Under the pieces are notes generated by a model. That model saw nothing but the letters and a program-made list of their open reading frames with translations, did not search any database and was not told the DNA's origin. A stretch of 61,566 nt of DNA, the filler included, from Bipalium vagum (lineage: Eukaryota): NCBI GenBank assembly GCA_037834085.1. It is 3 parts of 3 records of this genome, joined end to end, with 100 filler letters (N's around TTAATTAATTAA, not from the genome) between each part and the next. Parts side by side here need not be neighbours in the genome. Positions count along the whole stretch, not along the records: positions 41,148 to 61,566 come from JBBMKC010253721.1; 2 more parts are not named here. One strand, 5' to 3'. Each line of letters starts with the position of its first letter. The first letter of the stretch is position 1. Positions 57,201 to 61,566 of the stretch are shown piece after piece. A program made the position numbers and the translations under genes.

Positions 57201-60200
57201 TATCTACGATGAAAGAAATATCTAAAGACACCATTAATCGCCACCTGAGAAAACTTGGATACAACTATAAATGATTTCATATATGTTATTGCATTATATA
57301 TTATGTGTGATAGTTTATGCAAATTTTGATACAACCTAATATCATTGATTTAATTAAGCGAAGATTATAGTTAAAAACTATGAAAAATTAGTTTTTGAAA
57401 TTACTTTCATTCTTATTAATTTTGTAGGGATGAACAGTGTACGTGGTGCAATAAAGTAAAAAATATAACTGTTATGATTATTAATTATTATAAAGATTTA
57501 TAAATGGGTTTTATATTTAATATGAATTAATTTAATTAAATTAAAAAAGGCAAATTGTAGTTCTTTGACCAGAATCGTATTATTACAATAAATTAATATA
57601 AAAAACGTATTCAACACTTATGTAGTTTATTCTTGGTGTATGAAACAAAATTATTCTGTATCCGGGTATTATGTATAGATTTCAAGAATCACAGTAAAAT
57701 TCGAACTTCGGATAAATGAAACTGAACGATATTTAAAACCAGTGGGAATCAAAACTAACATTTTCAAATTGTTCCTAACTTCTGAAATTTGCACTTTTTA
57801 TGTTTCCTCACTACCTGTCATTGAATGTTTCTCATAAAATAAGATTAACCATTTTCTTGGAAAGCCAATTATTAAATGTTGACATATTAGTGATATTTAT
57901 GTCTTCTTTACGATATTTTTTTCCTTGTGACTATAATGTTCTACTCTTGCAAATCTCTTGAAAACAACTAACTGTAAAGCTACACAGAAATATTGTGACA
58001 GTTAAAATCTGATCTGATTCATTCTTTAAAAGATGATCTGTTTTTTTCACTAAAATGAAGATCTGAATTTCTCTTCGTGAATATTGGTAAAAATGTCTGA
58101 ATTCATATCAAATCAAGAATAAAGCTGACCGAAAAAGGAGAAAATGAAATTAGATAAATATATATTCATGGTGGTTACCAATGTTCTATAATAAATGGAA
58201 TTTATAGTTTTATAAAATTTTTAATTTTTTTTAATAATCAGTGAGAGTAATGATACTAAACTGGTACTAAAGTTCATTAATGATATTTTACTTACTATAA
58301 AGTATTATTTTAGTGAATCTCGATTTTGATAATCATTCATAATAATTTATTGATTTTATATTTTAATTTTAGATAAGTACAATAAATAATTAATGAAATT
58401 AAAAAAAAATTAATGAAAATTAATGAAATTGGTTTTGAGTTTCCATTTACTGTTTTATTGAAAAATTCAATAGTTAGAACATAGATCGATTTTCTTTGTT
58501 TTAATGTTTGTCAAAAAATATCTGATAAATTTTTCCTTGCCTTTTTTCTTTTCCAAAATTAGTTATGTATACAAAGTAATTATTTCTTTTCCAAACCATC
58601 ATATAATAATTATGTAGATCATAAAAGTATTGTTAAGTTTTAACTACTAAGTTACCATAACAATTTTCTATTTTACAATGTAAATATGAACACAATATTT
58701 TGTCAGTAATATAACCGCATGAAAACTAAATTTTGATACATGCATTTTAGATTTCTATTTTTAACAATATTTTTATCATACATAGAAATTAATTAAAGTG
58801 TAATTATTATGAAACAAAATTTTATGATCAATAACCAAAAATTTATCATAAAAATTAAATAATAATTATATTGCACATAAAGTGATTCAATAAATATTAA
58901 TTAATTAAATTTTGAAAAAGCTTTTACTAGGGTGATGAAAAGTTCGTGCTCAGAATCTGGAGCTGAAATCGGTGTGGTTTGTAAAGATTTTTTCGAATCA
59001 AAACAGAGAAATTGGCACTTTGACCGGATAAGAATGCTATCAGATCGGTGTAGTTATGGACTTTATTTCGAAGAGTAGTGTTATTTTTATAAATAAATAT
59101 ATAATTTTGAGCACGAAATTTTTGCATCACCCTAGTAATTAAAGAAACAAACAATGATTGTTTAAGTTTTAAAGTAATTGTCATTAATGATATAATATTC
59201 ACATGAACAAGGTTTAAAAAGGACGAGATTCAGCAGTTTCCTTTAATTTGTCAATTACACAAGGAAATATATAAGTGCTCACTCTTATTTGATTTAGATT
59301 CATATTCAAACTGAATTCCAATGAAATCTAATCTGAAACAAGCAACATTATAATTTGCTTCAAAGATTTCTTACTTTAAACAAGGAATCATAGTTTCATC
59401 AATTGTTCCTTCGATTTTTTTTTCAAATTTTTCTTTTTTCAAAATGAATTTCTCGTTTTTTTCTGAGTTGTACAATGATAGATGTGTACAAATTTCTTGA
59501 TCATCATAGTTGATCAATTTAAATGTGATTTTGGAACCAAGATATGGACTTAAATTCTGAAATGAAATACTTTTAAAATCACATTTATTTTCCATTGCTA
59601 TAATATCGACCTCAATACGCATAAACGTTGAGCTGCTGAATAGAAATGAGCAATTCCCCCTTTCTACATCTTTGGGATAGCGATATCTAAGAAGAATATT
59701 ATGAGATGGACAAATCTAAAAATTAAAAAAAAACAACATTAATTTATTTAGAAAATAGAAACATAAAATTATTATTTAAAAAATGGACAATTAGAATTAT
59801 TTTTCGTTCAATAATTTATATTGTCCTCAAAAACATTTGTTAAATTAGTTCAAAAAAATAAACCAATAAATACAGTTTTTATTTTAAATATTTTTTAAAT
59901 TGAAAATAAATATTAGAAAAATTATTTAAATTTATTTAATAGGATTCTTTATTAAATATATTTAACAGTAACACGCAAAGATAATGAAAGATGTAATTCA
60001 TTTAATTCACTTTGGAGTCACAAAAAATTCGTTTAAATTAAGCTTTTCAATTTTGGAAATAATTTCCTTTTTTATTAATTTTTTCAATTATTTAAATTCT
60101 CGGAGTGAATTAAATGAATTATGATTTTTGCAGATGATAAGGTGGATGTTCTGGCCTTAGGATTAGAAAAGGGATAAAAATCTTGGCCGAATGAACTTCA

Positions 60201-61307
60201 GAGTAAAGAGGACAATTGAAATCAGATTTCAAGATGAAAACATTTTCCTCAGCATATTAAGATCATTAGGTAAGATATTAGGTTATGCAGTAGGCTTAAT
60301 TAAAATTTTTATTTATATTATTCACATTACTCAAGTTATTCCGGAATTTTATTTTCGTTAATATTATTTTTATTAGAGATTTTTTTCATTTTGAAAATAA
60401 TTTTATAAAACATTAAGTTTGTGTTTTATTATTAAGAGAGTGTGGAGAATTCCAGCATTAGGTAGGTAAGTGCCCACAAAGTACGGGAAATATTGTACAA
60501 GGGGTCAAAATGAAAACTAGTAAATCTTAAGAAGATCAGCAATTTAAAGATAGAAACAATTGACCTTTCTATGGAATAACATTGATATAGTGATTCGTTT
60601 CTTTTTTCTTAGGATAAAAACATAAAAACTAAAGAGTATTTTTTCTAAAATTTTTACGTTTAAATTGCGGTTTTAAAAATCAAGGAATAAAGAAAAGCCA
60701 GTAAAACAATATTTTGATAAATGATTTACCATTTTGCAGTTATTGATGATTCCATTAATTATCCTAATACCATCAACAATCTTTGAAGCCAGGAACAATA
60801 AATTAAGATATATACGTGAAGTGTTAATAAATTTTTAAAAAGAACCTACATTTTATTGTGTATAAGTAAAGTAAACCAAACTATATTCTCTTTCGTAGAA
60901 CTAATCAAATTTTATTTTATTGAAAGAAGATTGCACAGTCAGAAATTATCCGAATATTTATAATTACAAACGATAGTAATTGGCAATCACAAAATACATA
61001 AATCGTTCACTATCAACTTTTTATTGAATGTTTCTGTCCATCTTTTTTTCATATATATTGGCTCAAAAGTTAATTAATACAATTTATTAATAAAAGGATA
61101 TTGGAAAAAAGAGAAGTAACATGTTTAATCAAAGTAATTTCCATTATTTTCTAAGAGGATTTGTCATCTTAAAAATAAATTCATTATCCTATTTTCTTTA
61201 ATGTAAAAAAGTGTCTAGAGTGCTTTTTATATCGTCCAGTAGAGTGAAAATGACTAGTTGAGACCACACCAAACCATTTTTAATTGGGCGCGATTTCCAC
61301 TAGCCAT
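42259..61307 (-). CDS. putative divergent Rel-homology-domain (NF-kB/NFAT-family) transcription factor; exons 61307-61275, 59715-59611, 59556-59375, 59332-59283, 54216-54121, 54073-53972, 53917-53856, 53731-53566, 52232-52222, 52169-52139, 52087-52077, 51353-51302, 49713-49655, 42420-42399, 42354-42344, 42300-42259 (~344 aa); possible short form ending at TGA 52044
   Basis: All junctions are GT-AG and phase-compatible, and many introns are 42-54 nt like the other genes here. The product has QLKMICP, LRYRYPKD, PYLGSKITFKLI, DFIGIQ, RLQVEI..SELIRHK..NLDI, LILTLDK, TLVFK, LRCPS..SQTYNF and KRKIKKRR in RHD/IPT/NLS order. The core (59715-52139) is more certain than the first exon and the last five exons. 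Confidence 0.72.
43712..44710 (-). mobile_element. decayed mariner with both TIRs
   Basis: TIRs tcaagttcagtcaaaagtt and aacttttgactcaacctga with TA flanks. Motifs IITGDEK, PMHWELVP and LLQHDNSPAH. Confidence 0.9.
45716..46062. mobile_element. internally deleted mariner (MITE-like)
   Basis: About 30 bp TIRs (ttgggttgtggaataagctc... and ...gagcttcttccacaacttaa) with TA flanks. The minus strand retains NAAEARHEIC. Confidence 0.8.
46650..46860 (+). mobile_element. mariner 3' end remnant
   Basis: DFYANGINKLVIC*RKCTDSNGSYFD* followed by TIR ...tgaacaacctaa and TA. Confidence 0.8.
47040..48233 (+). mobile_element. rosa/DD41D-like element, decayed, with right TIR
   Basis: LFTNELTFHVSG, IIGPFLF, QDGSPLHW and RSPDLTPLYFFLWSYVKDRV. 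Ends ...ggacaccctg followed by TA. Confidence 0.85.
48376..49614 (+). mobile_element. near full-length mariner (DD34D), pseudogenised
   Basis: TIRs ttaggtcgtctcaaaagtaat and attacttctgagacgacctaa, TA flanks, 1239 bp. Motifs ITGDEK, HQDNERPH and HPPYSPDIAPPDYYLF, with stops and frameshifts. Confidence 0.95.
49960..50340 (+). mobile_element. rosa-like element 5' fragment
   Basis: MDRYNMQKGTEIVKIFYQSGSSI...FEAFGSVADRPKSGRPRS. Confidence 0.75.
50340..51000 (-). mobile_element. Tc1-like transposase remnant
   Basis: FWNDVIFTYET..YVHRPQGSRYNPKYITKTVKF..MNSDAYQDVL. Confidence 0.8.
51010..51170 (+). mobile_element. maT/DD37D-like 3' fragment
   Basis: PPIFPNLNLLNYYVLGVIEKEIN resembles WPPNSPDLNPLDYYVWGVVE. 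Confidence 0.55.
52532..53150 (-). mobile_element. decayed mariner inside the intron of the minus-strand gene
   Basis: TIR ttgggttggcaaataagt near 52532. Minus-strand remnants DNSRPH, PTDYYLF and NQNGQYIID. Confidence 0.75.
54600..55180 (+). mobile_element. mariner 3' remnant
   Basis: CIWWNH*GVIHHEVIQPGHTI, LLHDNG, IYKLPERW and a 3' TIR-like end. Confidence 0.75.
55780..56765 (-). mobile_element. decayed Tc1-like element
   Basis: LLFSDENIFQL, GCYFINGVGP and SPDANSFEYL-like motifs with many lesions. Confidence 0.7.
56777..57339 (+). mobile_element. internally deleted mariner
   Basis: TIRs taggtcgtatcaaa and tttgatacaaccta. Encodes FKKLENGDLSLEDRP..TINRHLRKLGY. Confidence 0.75.
58927..59135. 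mobile_element. 209-bp Tc1/mariner-type MITE
   Basis: TIRs ctagggtgatgaaaagttcgtgctca and tgagcacgaaatttttgcatcaccctag, flanked by TA. Confidence 0.85.
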
Positions 61308-61566
61308 TCTTACTCTACTACAACATTAGATCATCTTTTTTTTATATACCCATATTTTTCTTTATTAAAATTAAGATCACGAGTTTTATATTTTGGTAGT
61401 TTCTTAAACAAATATTTATTATAACGTTCTTCCTTATTTTAATTGTTCATTATGATTTTTTGATTTTTAATGACTTATTGATCCAGTTCAAGTTTGAAAA
61501 TTTCTTTCACAGTTTTCACAATTACACTTTACTTTTTGATCTCTATTTTATTGGTTATATTATATA

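Noticed and set aside
1-61566. CRISPR arrays, rRNA, tRNA or prokaryotic operons
   Set aside because: None seen; the sequence is intron-containing eukaryotic DNA.

Overview
Very AT-rich animal (probably protostome) genomic DNA. It is three contigs (1-16831, 16932-41047, 41148-61566) joined by artificial N44-TTAATTAATTAA-N44 spacers, so adjacency across the spacers is not guaranteed. Genes I could splice by hand, most with 42-54 nt introns: a TLC-domain membrane protein (+, 3515-8114), V-ATPase 16 kDa proteolipid c (-, 12341-12851), a CCHamide/bombesin-type GPCR (+, 17457-18622), DNA polymerase eta (+, 29235-32469) and the first two exons of a Nova/Pasilla KH splicing regulator (+, 36129-36461). 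Most of the rest is decayed IS630-Tc1-mariner DNA (mariner, Tc1, rosa/DD41D-like, maT-like, pogo, MITEs). There is also a Ty3/Gypsy pol fragment, an REL-endonuclease non-LTR retrotransposon and a probable Penelope-like remnant. The main finding is not visible in the ORF track: a phase-consistent 16-exon gene on the minus strand (61307 to 42259, about 344 aa). Its spliced product shows, in the correct order, motifs of a highly divergent Rel-homology-domain (NF-kB/NFAT-family) transcription factor: RxRY DNA-recognition loop, IPT dimerisation domain and basic NLS. These are followed by an acidic tail built from tiny exons, three of them 11 nt. All gene models and family assignments come from manual reading and need HMM, structure and RNA-seq confirmation.
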